Of a stretch of 64,000 nt of DNA, positions 47,504 through 56,590 are shown piece by piece. The DNA comes from an uncultured Candidatus Saccharibacteria bacterium (GTDB lineage Bacteria > Patescibacteriota > Minisyncoccia > Phycocordibacterales > UBA918). Location of the stretch: assembly GCA_964618165.1 (NCBI GenBank), contig CAZTWW010000001.1, positions 499-64,498 of the forward strand, given 5' to 3'. Numbering within the stretch: position 1 is the stretch's first letter; the number at the start of each line of letters is the position of its first letter. Below the pieces are notes generated by a model. It saw only the letters and a list, made by a program, of their open reading frames with translations, did not search any database and was not told where the DNA came from. Position numbers and translations under genes: made by a program.

Positions 47504-48739
47504 ATGACAAAAGGAGACCTCAAAGCCCTCGCGCTCCCGGACACCCCTGGGGTGTATTTTTTCCTTGGCCCACAAGAGCAGATTCTTTATATTGGGAAGG
47601 CGACTTCGCTCAAGAACCGTGTCCGTAGCTACTTCGCGAGTGATATCAAAGAGAAACGCTCTGAGCTCATTGAAAACATGGTTACTGAGGCGGTGACAGT
47701 ATCAGTCACTGAGACTGAGAGTGTGCTTGAGGCACTTATTCTTGAGACGAATCTCATCAGGACACACAAGCCGCGGTACAACACTCGTAGTAAAGACGAT
47801 AAGTCATACAATCACCTCGTGATTACGAACGAAGAATGGCCACGCGTTCTCGTCGTTCGAGGCAAAGACCTCACCGAAAAGTTTACTGAAAAGGAAATTA
47901 AATATCACTTCGGACCGTTTCCGAGTGGCAGTCTCTTGCGCGAGGCGCTTAAGATTGTCCGTCGCCTCTTTCAGTTCTATGACACCAAGGAGCCGGTCGG
48001 GTTTGAACGGACCAAGCTTGCCCGTGGTAAAGTCGATTTTAATCGTCAGATTGGTCTCTATCCAAATCACACTGATAAGCCGCTGTACGACCGTACCATT
48101 AGGCACCTGAAGCTCTTCTTTGAAGGTAAAAAGCGCCAGATTATCACCGAGCTCACGAAGGATATGCTCAAAGAAGCAAAAGCCGAGCGATTCGAAATGG
48201 CAGCCAAGATTAAAAAGCAAATCTTCGCCCTTGAGCATATCCAAGATATCGCACTCATCAAAGCTGAGCGTGCTACCGCTCGCACTGGCCAGACACTCCG
48301 CATTGAGGCATACGATATCGCGCATATGGACGGCCAGGATATGGTTGGTGTCATGACGGTGGTTGAAGGGAGCGAGCCACAAAAGGATGGCTACCGCAAA
48401 TTCAAAATAAAGACACTCAAAGACGCCAACGACCCCGCGGCTCTCAAAGAGGTGTTAACGAGACGTCTCGCGCACCCAGAGTGGCCGTTTCCAAATATCA
48501 TCGTAGTTGACGGCAACGAGATTCAGAAGCGCGTCGCCGAGCTTATTCTTGCCGAGCATTCGCTCCTTATACCGGTCGTAGCAGTCGTCAAAGACGATAA
48601 GCACAAGGCAAACCGTATCCTCGGCCCACAGGCACTCATTGAGGCGCATCGTCTCGAGATACTCCACGCCAACGCCGAATCACACCGCTTTGCCATCAAC
48701 TTCTTCCGCACCAAGCAACGCAAGCGCTCGCTATCTTAG
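47504..48739 (+). CDS. uvrC: Excinuclease ABC subunit C-like (short UvrC, 411 aa) with GIY-YIG + UVR + RNase H-like endonuclease region, lacking the C-terminal (HhH)2 domain
   Basis: GIY-YIG motifs 'GVYFFLGPQEQILYIGKATSLKNRVRSYF' and 'ETNLIRTHKPRYN'. UVR motif 'FEMAAKIKKQIFALEHI'. Second nuclease region 'RIEAYDIAHMDGQDMVGVMTVVEGSEPQKDGYRKFKIK...IIVVDGNEIQ'. The protein ends without helix-hairpin-helix motifs. Confidence 0.8.
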   Translation: MTKGDLKALALPDTPGVYFFLGPQEQILYIGKATSLKNRVRSYFASDIKEKRSELIENMVTEAVTVSVTETESVLEALILETNLIRTHKPRYNTRSKDDKSYNHLVITNEEWPRVLVVRGKDLTEKFTEKEIKYHFGPFPSGSLLREALKIVRRLFQFYDTKEPVGFERTKLARGKVDFNRQIGLYPNHTDKPLYDRTIRHLKLFFEGKKRQIITELTKDMLKEAKAERFEMAAKIKKQIFALEHIQDIALIKAERATARTGQTLRIEAYDIAHMDGQDMVGVMTVVEGSEPQKDGYRKFKIKTLKDANDPAALKEVLTRRLAHPEWPFPNIIVVDGNEIQKRVAELILAEHSLLIPVVAVVKDDKHKANRILGPQALIEAHRLEILHANAESHRFAINFFRTKQRKRSLS

Positions 48740-48803
48740 TAATGTTGTAGATGTATCACCGTAGGTATATAGTAATGCTGGAATCAAATAGAGGAGTTCA
48801 TGA

Positions 48804-49436
48804 ATGACCAATAGCCCAAAGCAGAGCAGACGTGTGTCACTGCCAAATAGACGAACAGGGTACACGCAGTCGGTCGTTATCTCTGGTCACAAGATTCATC
48901 TTCGGACCGGAGAGTATGGTGATGGAAAGCTTGGCGAGATAATTATTGATACGGAGAAAGAAGGTGCGCTTGTTCGTAATCTCCTTATCAATTTTGCCAA
49001 GTCAGTCTCTCTTGGTCTTCAGCACGGTGTTCCGCTTGAAGCCTTCGTCAGAGCTTTTACCTTCACTCGATTCGAGCCGGCAGGAGTAGTTGAGGGGAAT
49101 GACTCAGTGACTCAAACGACGTCAATTCTTGACTATGTGTTCAAAGAATTGGCGATCAGCTATCTTGGTCGGACTGACCTCAGCAATCAAGGTCTTCCGC
49201 CAATTGATTCTGATGTAAAGCCGACGAAGTCGCCACAGTCTGTCTCGAGTGGGTTCGTGCGACAGATGCTTGATGATATTGCATCGCAAGCTAGAGCGAC
49301 AGTGATACCTTTGTCGACCGCAAAAGGCAAAAGACAGTCAAAAGCAAAACAGTCTGTCCATACCACCTGCACAAAGTGTGGTCAGACAATGATTGGTGAC
49401 GGAAGCAGCCATATATGCTCCAGATGCGACGGCTAA
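48804..49436 (+). CDS. Stand-alone NrdJb/TSCPD-like protein (C-terminal domain of class II ribonucleotide reductase), 210 aa, with a Cys-rich tail
   Basis: '[81 protein letters not shown]...[15 protein letters not shown]' matches the C-terminal TSCPD region of B12-dependent RNRs. The tail CTKCGQ...CSRCDG carries four Cys. No NrdJa-like gene is adjacent. Confidence 0.55.
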   Translation: MTNSPKQSRRVSLPNRRTGYTQSVVISGHKIHLRTGEYGDGKLGEIIIDTEKEGALVRNLLINFAKSVSLGLQHGVPLEAFVRAFTFTRFEPAGVVEGNDSVTQTTSILDYVFKELAISYLGRTDLSNQGLPPIDSDVKPTKSPQSVSSGFVRQMLDDIASQARATVIPLSTAKGKRQSKAKQSVHTTCTKCGQTMIGDGSSHICSRCDG

Positions 49437-49532
49437 ATCGAACACAACACCAAAGCGAGCAGGTAACCCTGCTCGCTTTTGTATACATGATTTCAATACT
49501 CGCAATGTATTTATGGTAAACTGTAGCTACGT

Positions 49533-50504
49533 ATGACTAAAAAGCGTGTCGCGGTATTGCGTGGTGGTCCGAGTACCGAGTATGACGTCTCGATGCAGAC
49601 GGGAGCCGGTGTGATTGCTGCGCTCAATCGCCTTGGGTATCACGTTATTGATATCCCGGTTTCGAAGCAAGGTGAGTGGATTATCGACGGACGCGTAAAA
49701 TCACCAGATAAGGCACTCCTGACAACCGACGTCGTATTTATTGCGATGCACGGCGCCTATGGTGAAGACGGCACCGTCCAGCGTATCTGTGAGCGACACC
49801 ATATCCCATTTACCGGCAGTAGCTCGTTTCCTTCCAGTGTCGCTTTTAACAAAGACGTCACAAAGCGCGCTTTGCGCGAAGTGCTCCCGAAAATGCCGAA
49901 GCACGTCCGTGTGACGCGTGAGCATGAACGTGACCTCCTCGAGGTCGTAAAGGTGGTCGAACGGAGCTTTGGCCCAGAGTATGTCGTAAAGCCGTCTCGT
50001 AATGGCTCATCCCATGGTGTCACCATGACTGGTGGTGGAGCGAGCCTCCTCAAAGCCGTTCATACCGCACTTCGTGATCATGATGAGTGTCTTGTTGAGG
50101 AGCGTATCCGTGGTGTTGAGGCAACCTGCGCCATTCTCGAGGATTTCCGTGACACGAGTCACTACGTTTTGCCACCGATTGAGATTGTCCCGCCACAGAA
50201 TCGTGAGTTTTTTGACCTGGAGTCAAAGTACAATGGTACCACTGCCGAAATCTGCCCCGGACGGTTTAGTTACGAAGAAAAACAACGTATTGCCGACCTC
50301 GCGCTCCTCGTCCACCAGACCCTTGGCCTCACGCAATACTCACGTACCGATTGTATCGTCCGTGATGGTGAGGTGTACTTCCTTGAGGTAAACACGCTTC
50401 CTGGTCTTACGAGCGAATCACTCTTCCCGAAGGCTGCCGCGGCGGTTGGACTCCCGTTTGACGCACTCATCGACCATCTCATTAAAACGGCTCGTGTATA
50501 CTAG
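49533..50504 (+). CDS. ddl: D-alanine--D-alanine ligase
   Basis: 'VAVLRGGPSTEYDVSMQTG', 'IAMHGAYGEDGTVQ' and an ATP-grasp C-terminal half 'EVNTLPGLTSESLFPKAA'. 323 aa. TGGTAAACT lies 10 nt upstream. Confidence 0.9.
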   Translation: MTKKRVAVLRGGPSTEYDVSMQTGAGVIAALNRLGYHVIDIPVSKQGEWIIDGRVKSPDKALLTTDVVFIAMHGAYGEDGTVQRICERHHIPFTGSSSFPSSVAFNKDVTKRALREVLPKMPKHVRVTREHERDLLEVVKVVERSFGPEYVVKPSRNGSSHGVTMTGGGASLLKAVHTALRDHDECLVEERIRGVEATCAILEDFRDTSHYVLPPIEIVPPQNREFFDLESKYNGTTAEICPGRFSYEEKQRIADLALLVHQTLGLTQYSRTDCIVRDGEVYFLEVNTLPGLTSESLFPKAAAAVGLPFDALIDHLIKTARVY

Positions 50505-50863
50505 TGATCATGGAGAAGCGTTCTACCAAAACCAAAAAGAAATCAGCTACGCCGACACTCTCACGCGTAGAAAAAAAGCGTATTACGCGCCTCGGTGAGC
50601 ACTGGTCACTTGATGCCAAAGAACGTCACCTCACTGCCACCTTTACCTTTCCAAATTACCTCGACGCACTTATGTTCGTCACCCGTATCTCAGTCCACGC
50701 TGAGGTGCATCGTCACCACCCTGAGGTGTGTCTTTCTTACGGAAAGGTGGTGGTGACGCTCACCACGCACGAGGCCAAAACCGTGACCACGCTCGATATC
50801 GAGCTCGCTGAGGCAATTGAACGCGTGCTATCCACGCAGAACCGCACCCGTACACACGTGTAA
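50504..50863 (+). CDS. Pterin-4-alpha-carbinolamine dehydratase (PCD/DCoH)
   Basis: 'W......L...F.F.NYLDALMFVTRISVHAEVHRHHPEVCLSYGKVVVTLTTHEA' carries the conserved [EH]HHP motif. The start overlaps the ddl stop. Confidence 0.8.
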   Translation: MIMEKRSTKTKKKSATPTLSRVEKKRITRLGEHWSLDAKERHLTATFTFPNYLDALMFVTRISVHAEVHRHHPEVCLSYGKVVVTLTTHEAKTVTTLDIELAEAIERVLSTQNRTRTHV

Positions 50864-50883
50864 CAGGGTATACTACACGTATA

Positions 50884-51494
50884 TGAATTTAGAAGGTACC
50901 AAACACGAAAAGGCTGTACTCGTAATCGTAGCCTACATTATTGGATTCACCTCAGGCTTCATTGCTTTTGGGGTGGCAAACTTATCATCTAACAATCAAG
51001 TTGCTGAAATCCCTCCAGTAACCACCGGTTGGCCAGAGGGCTACATGCCACCAACCGAGATGCCACCAATGGAGACTATGGAGATGGAGGCAATGCCGTT
51101 GCCAGATGAGGCAGCCTACTACCAGGACGGCAAGCTCTATGCCACGGTCGGTGCTGAGCGTTTTGTGCTCTCGCTCCACTCAGAGATTATGCCAACGGAG
51201 AATGTTGAAGGCTTTTCAACCCAGGGCATTCACGAAAACCTCCCGAAGTACGCCGCTTCAGCTGATGGTCGCTACGTATACTTCTGTGAACAGCAGACCA
51301 CCGATCCAGAGTGCACCAGCTTTATCTTTGATGTAGCGAAAAGTGTCATTCAGCCAGTATCAATTGATGGCGAGCGCCTTATTACTCCAAACGAGGTAGC
51401 TGAAGATGCTCGCTGGGAGGGTGATCGCATCGTCATTGGTTCATACACCTCAGACGCAATGGATACCCCGTGGAAGGTAGCCCTCGCACAGTAG
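50884..51494 (+). CDS. Membrane-anchored hypothetical protein (203 aa)
   Basis: I chose the internal ATG at 50884 (GGGTATACT lies 9 nt upstream). TM helix AVLVIVAYIIGFTSGFIAFGV. Confidence 0.6.
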
Positions 51495-51563
51495 TCTCCT
51501 TGACTCTGACACTAAATCTGCGTATTATATGGACCAGCTTGCGATTGTCGCGATCGCAAACTT

Positions 51564-51639
51564 GGGCCTGTAGCTCACTTGGTAGAGCGCCTCATTTGCA
51601 CTGAGGAGGCAGCGGGTTCGAATCCTGTCAGGTCCACCA
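51564..51639 (+). tRNA. tRNA-Ala (anticodon TGC)
   Basis: Cloverleaf: acceptor stem GGGCCTG/CAGGTCC with G3:U70, D-arm GCTC-ACTTGGTA-GAGC, anticodon stem CCTCA/TGAGG with loop TTTGCAC, T-arm with TTCGAAT loop, encoded CCA 3' end. Confidence 0.9.
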
Positions 51640-51646
51640 CCGTAAT

Positions 51647-51685
51647 ATAAAACACCACCATTAAGTAATGGTGGTGTTTTATATT
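51647..51685 (+). terminator. Intrinsic terminator after the tRNA
   Basis: Perfect hairpin AAAACACCACCA-ttaagtaa-TGGTGGTGTTTT followed by ATATT. A second hairpin AGCAAGCAATAAGTATTGCTTGC follows at 51687-51709. Confidence 0.8.
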
Positions 51686-51729
51686 AGCAAGCAATAAGTA
51701 TTGCTTGCGTACGGTGGTGGAAGGCGGAG

Positions 51730-52020
51730 ACATGTTTTCGAGCTACTAGCGAGAAAACGGTCGAGCCGGGGTCGAGAACACTTAGTAGATTGAGAACGCA
51801 GTGAATCAATCTACTTAGTGATTCGTGACCACATCGGCGTACTACATTTGAACAGGATGAGAACCGAGGTGCGGCGAAGCCCGCAGACGAGTTTACGAGT
51901 CGAGGACCGCACCGAGTGGGGGTCGAGCGAATGAGCTAGATTATGAGTGAAACGAAATAATCTAGCCATGAGAGTGACCGAATCGTGTTAGGTCTTAGAA
52001 ACTCGTGACCACATCGCTAC
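51730..52020. repeat. Non-coding region with two hairpin + direct-repeat units (TCGTGACCACATCG x2), candidate island junction downstream of the tRNA
   Basis: Hairpin ACTTAGTAGATTGA..TCAATCTACTTAGT + GATTCGTGACCACATCGGCG (~51780-51840). Hairpin GCTAGATTAT..ATAATCTAGC + ...AAACTCGTGACCACATCGCTAC (~51940-52020). Confidence 0.55.
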
Positions 52021-52025
52021 CAAAA

Positions 52026-52058
52026 AATAAAACAAAACCCCGATGCCAGACCGGGGTT
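52026..52058 (-). terminator. Intrinsic terminator for the minus-strand gene 52077-52598
   Basis: Minus-strand reading: AACCCCGGTCTGGCATCGGGGTT followed by TTGTTTT. Confidence 0.75.
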
Positions 52059-52076
52059 CTGCCGGTGACATCAGGG

Positions 52077-52598
52077 TTATTCCTTTTCGATGAGTGCATT
52101 CAGTCGTGAGATGTATTCCTCAAGTGCAGCTCTCGAGAGAGTTTCCACTTTCTTGTCGAGAGTGGAGTGTTGTTGCTTGATTATTTGATCAAGCTGCAGC
52201 ATGGCGTTGTTGTAGGTGGTAAGTGCCAGCCGTTCTTCTTCGTAGAATTTCCTCACCTCATCATATGTTGAGATAAGTGCCCTGATTCCGTCCCAGTTGC
52301 CCCGATATTCTGCTTCAAGCACGAGGATGAAGAGATCGAGACTAGCCCTCCGAAGCCTATCTAACGATTGATCCTGAGATCTATAGTACGCTTCTTCGGC
52401 TTCGGTAATTGCCTCCAGTCTGGCGGCTATCTCCCAGTCTGCCTTGATTTGCGAAAGACGACTCTCGTAATCCGCATGAATCTGGCGGATGGTAGTCTCA
52501 TCCGCAACAGCAGGGAAGGAGAGGCCGACTAAGACGGCGATGGCAATTAGACTCCGAAAGAACATTGTGAACTCCTGTTGTTCGTTGCTTGCACACAA
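52077..52598 (-). CDS. Secreted coiled-coil protein (173 aa), unknown
   Basis: Signal peptide MFFRSLIAIAVLVGLSFPAVA. The rest is helical and Glu/Arg/Leu-rich. This is one of only three minus-strand genes with good support. Confidence 0.65.
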   Translation of the reverse strand: MCASNEQQEFTMFFRSLIAIAVLVGLSFPAVADETTIRQIHADYESRLSQIKADWEIAARLEAITEAEEAYYRSQDQSLDRLRRASLDLFILVLEAEYRGNWDGIRALISTYDEVRKFYEEERLALTTYNNAMLQLDQIIKQQHSTLDKKVETLSRAALEEYISRLNALIEKE

Positions 52599-52675
52599 TA
52601 CGACTAATATACCGCTGTGTCAATACATTTCTATATAAAGTAAAAGGCCCGCGAACTCGTCGCAGGCCCTTCCTC

Positions 52676-52936
52676 TTAAAACGTCACCGGCTCTCTTCTG
52701 TTTGAATTGATGATGTCGATGCAGAGCACTATCTTCGGTAACGGACGTGGCTCATGTTCTGGTCCACCCCAACCGCTAGGATCAGGTCCTTTAATGACGT
52801 CGCCATCTTCGCATTCATAATCACACACCTCAAGCTCAATGCCTGCAAACGCACCTTTCGTGGTTGAGACCACGATTTCCGTTTCGCCATCAAGCCCAAG
52901 GGCAGTGATTGCTTGGAGCAAATCTTTGATTTTCAT
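52676..52936 (-). CDS. Hypothetical acidic protein (86 aa)
   Basis: Clean ORF in the intergenic space. A hairpin GGCCCGCGAACTCGTCGCAGGCCC lies downstream on the minus strand. Function unknown. Confidence 0.4.
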   Translation of the reverse strand: MKIKDLLQAITALGLDGETEIVVSTTKGAFAGIELEVCDYECEDGDVIKGPDPSGWGGPEHEPRPLPKIVLCIDIINSNRREPVTF

Positions 52937-53009
52937 GGGAACCCCGCTTTTTCCTCAGCCGTATAGTACATGCCCCAGATTGTCTGTCCAGTCTTGGTAT
53001 ACTACGAGT

Positions 53010-53402
53010 ATGACCAAGACTGAGCTTACGACTATTATCACGAGTATTCAAAAGCGTCGGGTACAGTATCAGCAACGTCTGAACGAACTCCACCGTCTTA
53101 TTCGCGAAATCGAAGGAGACACGGTATTTAAGGAACAAGCCTTTCATGAGTACCAAGCTCTTTTAACAGAGGCAACCACTGTCCATTTTGACTACACGAA
53201 GCACCTCCGCCACTACTATCCAATTGTAAAGCTCGCAAAAGACTGTCTCACCACCGATAAGGTCATCTCAGACACCCTCGCCACACTCCTCAATGAGCAC
53301 TACACGATGATTATGTCGTTTACTGAGACACACATGCGTGATGTGGAGGAATACACCGCCCTCCTTGCTGAAGGCTATGAGCTTCAGCTCGAACAGCTCT
53401 AA
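53010..53402 (+). CDS. Hypothetical helical protein (130 aa)
   Basis: I chose the ATG at 53010 because TGGTATACT lies 7 nt upstream (52995-53003). The ORF track's start at 52839 is an upstream alternative codon. Confidence 0.55.
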   Translation: MTKTELTTIITSIQKRRVQYQQRLNELHRLIREIEGDTVFKEQAFHEYQALLTEATTVHFDYTKHLRHYYPIVKLAKDCLTTDKVISDTLATLLNEHYTMIMSFTETHMRDVEEYTALLAEGYELQLEQL

Positions 53403-53432
53403 ACCCTGCACACCACGACGTTTCTCCCTACT

Positions 53433-53738
53433 ATGACACCCACCACCATCACGCTCCTCATACTGCTTGTTGTGAATATGGTCACATTCATGGTGGTTGC
53501 ACACGACAAACACAAAGCAATGAAGCGTGGTGAGGTAGAGCGTACACCTGAAGGTCTCATATTCTTTTCGGCCGCTGCCTTCGGAGCCCTTGGTGCTTAC
53601 CTCGCGATGATTATCTTCCGCCACAAGACCCGGAAGTGGTATTTTCAGATTGGGATACCGCTCCTCATCATCCAGAATATCGCCACCCTCTATTGTCTCG
53701 CGCTCCTCTGGCCGAGTGTGAGTCTTTATTTCTCATAA
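53433..53738 (+). CDS. DUF1294 family membrane protein (101 aa)
   Basis: 'AHDKHKAMKRGEVERTPEGLIFFSAAAFGALGAYLAMIIFRHKTRKWYF' matches the DUF1294 signature (DK..A....RIPE..L.....GG..GA.....FRHKT.K). Confidence 0.7.
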   Translation: MTPTTITLLILLVVNMVTFMVVAHDKHKAMKRGEVERTPEGLIFFSAAAFGALGAYLAMIIFRHKTRKWYFQIGIPLLIIQNIATLYCLALLWPSVSLYFS

Positions 53739-53748
53739 TCATATCTCT

Positions 53749-54309
53749 ATGAAAAAACTATCACGCACCGAACAAGCAACGCTCAAGAACCTCAAGCAGC
53801 AGCTCACTACCCTCGAATCAAACCTTCTGACCGCGAAGCGTAAAGAAGGTATCGACGACAACCTCACCATCAAGGTAAAGAAGAATAAAGCCAACTACAG
53901 CAAAACGAAGCGCAACGGTGCCAAGGATACAGTCGAGGGGACGTTCTTCATCCTCCTCACCGTAACGGCAAAGGCCAATACCATCTATGTACCGATCTCA
54001 ATGGCGTCCGGCAAGAAGCAGGCTGGCTTCATGTACCAGATAGAGGGGACAGACACCGGCGCTATCGGGCGAGCGAGTGTCGATAGCCGAGGCGAGGGGG
54101 TGAAGGAGGTGACTGTCGGCACCATTGTCTATGCCATGATCCCACCAAAGATGACAGCTGAATTCAGGATAAATGTCACCATCGGTGGCCGGGTCGGCCA
54201 GACGTACAACATTGTCATCAACCGTATCAACTACAAGCTCAGTCTCGACGACACCCGCTACCAGCAGTACTTGAAGCCAATTGTGTCTGATAGTGTGAAG
54301 TTTAGCTAA
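53749..54309 (+). CDS. Hypothetical protein (186 aa)
   Basis: CATAAT lies 9 nt upstream. No recognisable motif. Lys-rich N-terminus. Confidence 0.55.
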   Translation: MKKLSRTEQATLKNLKQQLTTLESNLLTAKRKEGIDDNLTIKVKKNKANYSKTKRNGAKDTVEGTFFILLTVTAKANTIYVPISMASGKKQAGFMYQIEGTDTGAIGRASVDSRGEGVKEVTVGTIVYAMIPPKMTAEFRINVTIGGRVGQTYNIVINRINYKLSLDDTRYQQYLKPIVSDSVKFS

Positions 54310-54331
54310 TCTTCTCATTCCACTACGACAG

Positions 54332-54340
54332 TGGTACTAT
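54332..54340 (+). promoter_or_regulatory. Extended -10 element TGGTACTAT 6 nt upstream of the MazG-like ATG
   Basis: A TGnTAnnAT motif. Same architecture as the other near-start -10 elements. Confidence 0.35.
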
Positions 54341-54346
54341 GGAAAT

Positions 54347-54694
54347 ATGGATTCAAATGACAGACTAACAATTCTAAGTGAGAGAATAAAGACTTTTTGT
54401 TCTGAGCGTGAGTGGTCACAATTCCATGACCCAAAAAATCTAGCTATCTCTCTACAACTTGAAGCATCTGAAGTGTTAGAGCTGTTTCAGTGGACAAAAG
54501 ATAATCAAGTAAAGTCTGGTAAAGAAGCAAGTATCTCAGAGGAGGTTGCAGACGTTTTTTACTGGTTATTAATGCTTGCTAACCACTATAATATTGATTT
54601 AGTAGAAGCATTAAACTCTAAGATGGATATAAATGAAATTAAGTATCCAGTCAATAAGTCTAAAGGAGTTTCAACAAAATATACTGACCTATGA
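54347..54694 (+). CDS. MazG-like nucleoside triphosphate pyrophosphohydrolase (115 aa)
   Basis: 'LTILSERIKTFCSEREWSQFHDPKNLAISLQLEASEVLELFQW' ... 'EEVADVFYWLLMLANHYNIDLVEAL' is the all-alpha MazG/dCTPase-like fold with its EExxE/D motifs. AT-rich coding sequence. Confidence 0.75.
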   Translation: MDSNDRLTILSERIKTFCSEREWSQFHDPKNLAISLQLEASEVLELFQWTKDNQVKSGKEASISEEVADVFYWLLMLANHYNIDLVEALNSKMDINEIKYPVNKSKGVSTKYTDL

Positions 54695-56550
54695 TTGTTT
54701 ATGAAGCTACGGCTGCAAAGTTTATAGAAGATGTTGATTCAAACAACATTATTTCCGAAATTGAGAAAGCATTTCGAAGTAAGCTAGGTCGTGGAATACC
54801 ACCAAGTGAAATCTCTGCCTACTCAAACTCTTTACCGCACATGGAAAGAGTAGTGAGAAGATCAGGTGTACCTTCTGATTGTGGTATTCTAATAGAATAT
54901 AAAATTCCTCTTACTAACTTCAGAATTGATTTTGTTATATCAGGTGAAGACGACAATGGAAACAAAAATTTCGTAATTGTTGAGTTAAAACAGTGGCAGA
55001 AAGCTGACATTGCAGAGGGTGATGGATTAGTAGAGGCGTTTACCGGCAATGCTTTAAGAACGGTGACACATCCTAGTTACCAAGCATCACGTTATAAAGA
55101 TTATATATGTGATTTTAATGAAGTGTTTTATACAGGTTCTGTAAAAGCATACTCGTGTGCTTACCTACATAACTATGAAGAAAAGAGAGTTGAACCACTT
55201 TTAGATTCACGCTATAGCAAAGTTACCGAAGAGACACCTATTTATTTCAGAGACGATCAATCAAAACTCCAGGAGTTTATAAAGAAGTATGTTAAACAGG
55301 GTAAAGGAATGGATATCCTTTACCATGTAAATAATGGGAGGATTAAACCTTCAAAAAAACTTATTGACCATGTCTCAAGCATGTTTGAAGGTAACAGCAA
55401 TTACATTCTTTTAGATGAACAAAAGGTAGCATTCGAAACAGCTAGAAAGATTGCAAATCAGCAATTAAAGAACGTTGTTATCATAAAGGGTGGTCCTGGT
55501 ACAGGGAAGTCTGTTATATCAGTAAATCTGGTTAGCGCACTACTGAAAGATAACTTAAATGCGATTTTCGTAGCGCCAAACTCGTCGTTTAGAAATGCCT
55601 TGGTGAAGCGGCTTACTCAAAACCATCCAAGGCAACGTATAAACAATATATTCAAAGGCTCGGCTTCGTTTTATGACACCGCAGAAAACGAATTCGACGT
55701 GCTCGTCGTAGACGAAGCGCATCGGCTAAAAGCAAAGGGTGCATTTATGTACAAAGGTGTTAACCAAGTACTAGATGTTATTAAATCTGCACAGACTTCA
55801 ATCTTCTTCATAGATGACAATCAGGCAGTAAGACCAGAAGATATAGGTTCTGTAGAGTCAATTAAGAAAATTGCTGAGTCTCTTGATGTAAATGTTACTG
55901 AGTTAGAGCTTTCGGCACAATTTCGCTGTGCGGGAGCTGATGGCTATCTTAACTGGCTTGATGATGTCTTACAAATTAGGGAAACAGCTAATTACGATGG
56001 TTGGGACAAAAAGAGTTTTGATTTTAGGATATGTGAAAATCCTAATGAACTTCGTGATGAAATAAATAGGAAGTCAGAAGAAGGTTTCAATAGTCGCATT
56101 TTAGCTGGTTACGCTTGGGACTGGACTCCAGCCGGAAGAGGTAATGAAAATGCAGAAGTTAATGACATTTGCATTCCTGAGTTTGATTTTAAAATGCCTT
56201 GGAACTCAAGACGAGTGGGTACAACCTGGGCCATAGAAGATGCTGGTAAAAATCAAATTGGTTGTATTCATACATCGCAAGGCTTAGAGTTTGATTATGT
56301 AGGAGTGATTGTCGGTCTCGACCTGCAATATGATCAACAGTTATCAATGTATTTAACCAAGCATGAACAATATAAAGATAAGCTTGGTAAGAAAGGCTTA
56401 AGAGATAAACCGGAAGAACTTAATAAACTTGTTCGAAATATATATAAAGTGTTAATGTCTCGTGGAATGAAAGGTTGTTATGTGTATTTCATGGATAAAG
56501 AAGTAGAAAATTACTTTAAATCTAGATTAGGAACTGTAAAAGATGTGTAA
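54691..56550 (+). CDS. DUF2075 (SLFN-like P-loop ATPase/helicase) protein with N-terminal PD-(D/E)xK nuclease-like domain (619 aa)
   Basis: ATGA overlap with the MazG-like gene. N-terminal 'FRIDFVISGEDDNGNKNFVIVELKQWQ' has a D...E-x-K arrangement. Walker A 'GGPGTGKSVISVNLV'. Walker B/DEAH-like 'VLVVDEAHRL'. 'SAQFRCAG'. 'IHTSQGLEFDYVGVIVG', a helicase motif VI-like segment. AT-rich. Confidence 0.75.
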   Translation: MIVYEATAAKFIEDVDSNNIISEIEKAFRSKLGRGIPPSEISAYSNSLPHMERVVRRSGVPSDCGILIEYKIPLTNFRIDFVISGEDDNGNKNFVIVELKQWQKADIAEGDGLVEAFTGNALRTVTHPSYQASRYKDYICDFNEVFYTGSVKAYSCAYLHNYEEKRVEPLLDSRYSKVTEETPIYFRDDQSKLQEFIKKYVKQGKGMDILYHVNNGRIKPSKKLIDHVSSMFEGNSNYILLDEQKVAFETARKIANQQLKNVVIIKGGPGTGKSVISVNLVSALLKDNLNAIFVAPNSSFRNALVKRLTQNHPRQRINNIFKGSASFYDTAENEFDVLVVDEAHRLKAKGAFMYKGVNQVLDVIKSAQTSIFFIDDNQAVRPEDIGSVESIKKIAESLDVNVTELELSAQFRCAGADGYLNWLDDVLQIRETANYDGWDKKSFDFRICENPNELRDEINRKSEEGFNSRILAGYAWDWTPAGRGNENAEVNDICIPEFDFKMPWNSRRVGTTWAIEDAGKNQIGCIHTSQGLEFDYVGVIVGLDLQYDQQLSMYLTKHEQYKDKLGKKGLRDKPEELNKLVRNIYKVLMSRGMKGCYVYFMDKEVENYFKSRLGTVKDV

Positions 56551-56590
56551 AAGCAGTTGCAAGTCCGCTCATTATGATCAATGATCAGGA

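Noticed and set aside
51640-52076. Integrase or attachment-site remnant next to the tRNA
   Set aside because: I looked for a tyrosine-recombinase ORF and for a direct repeat of the tRNA 3' end downstream. Neither was found. Only short hairpin/direct-repeat units are present, so the island call rests on composition and context, not on a recognisable mobile-element gene.
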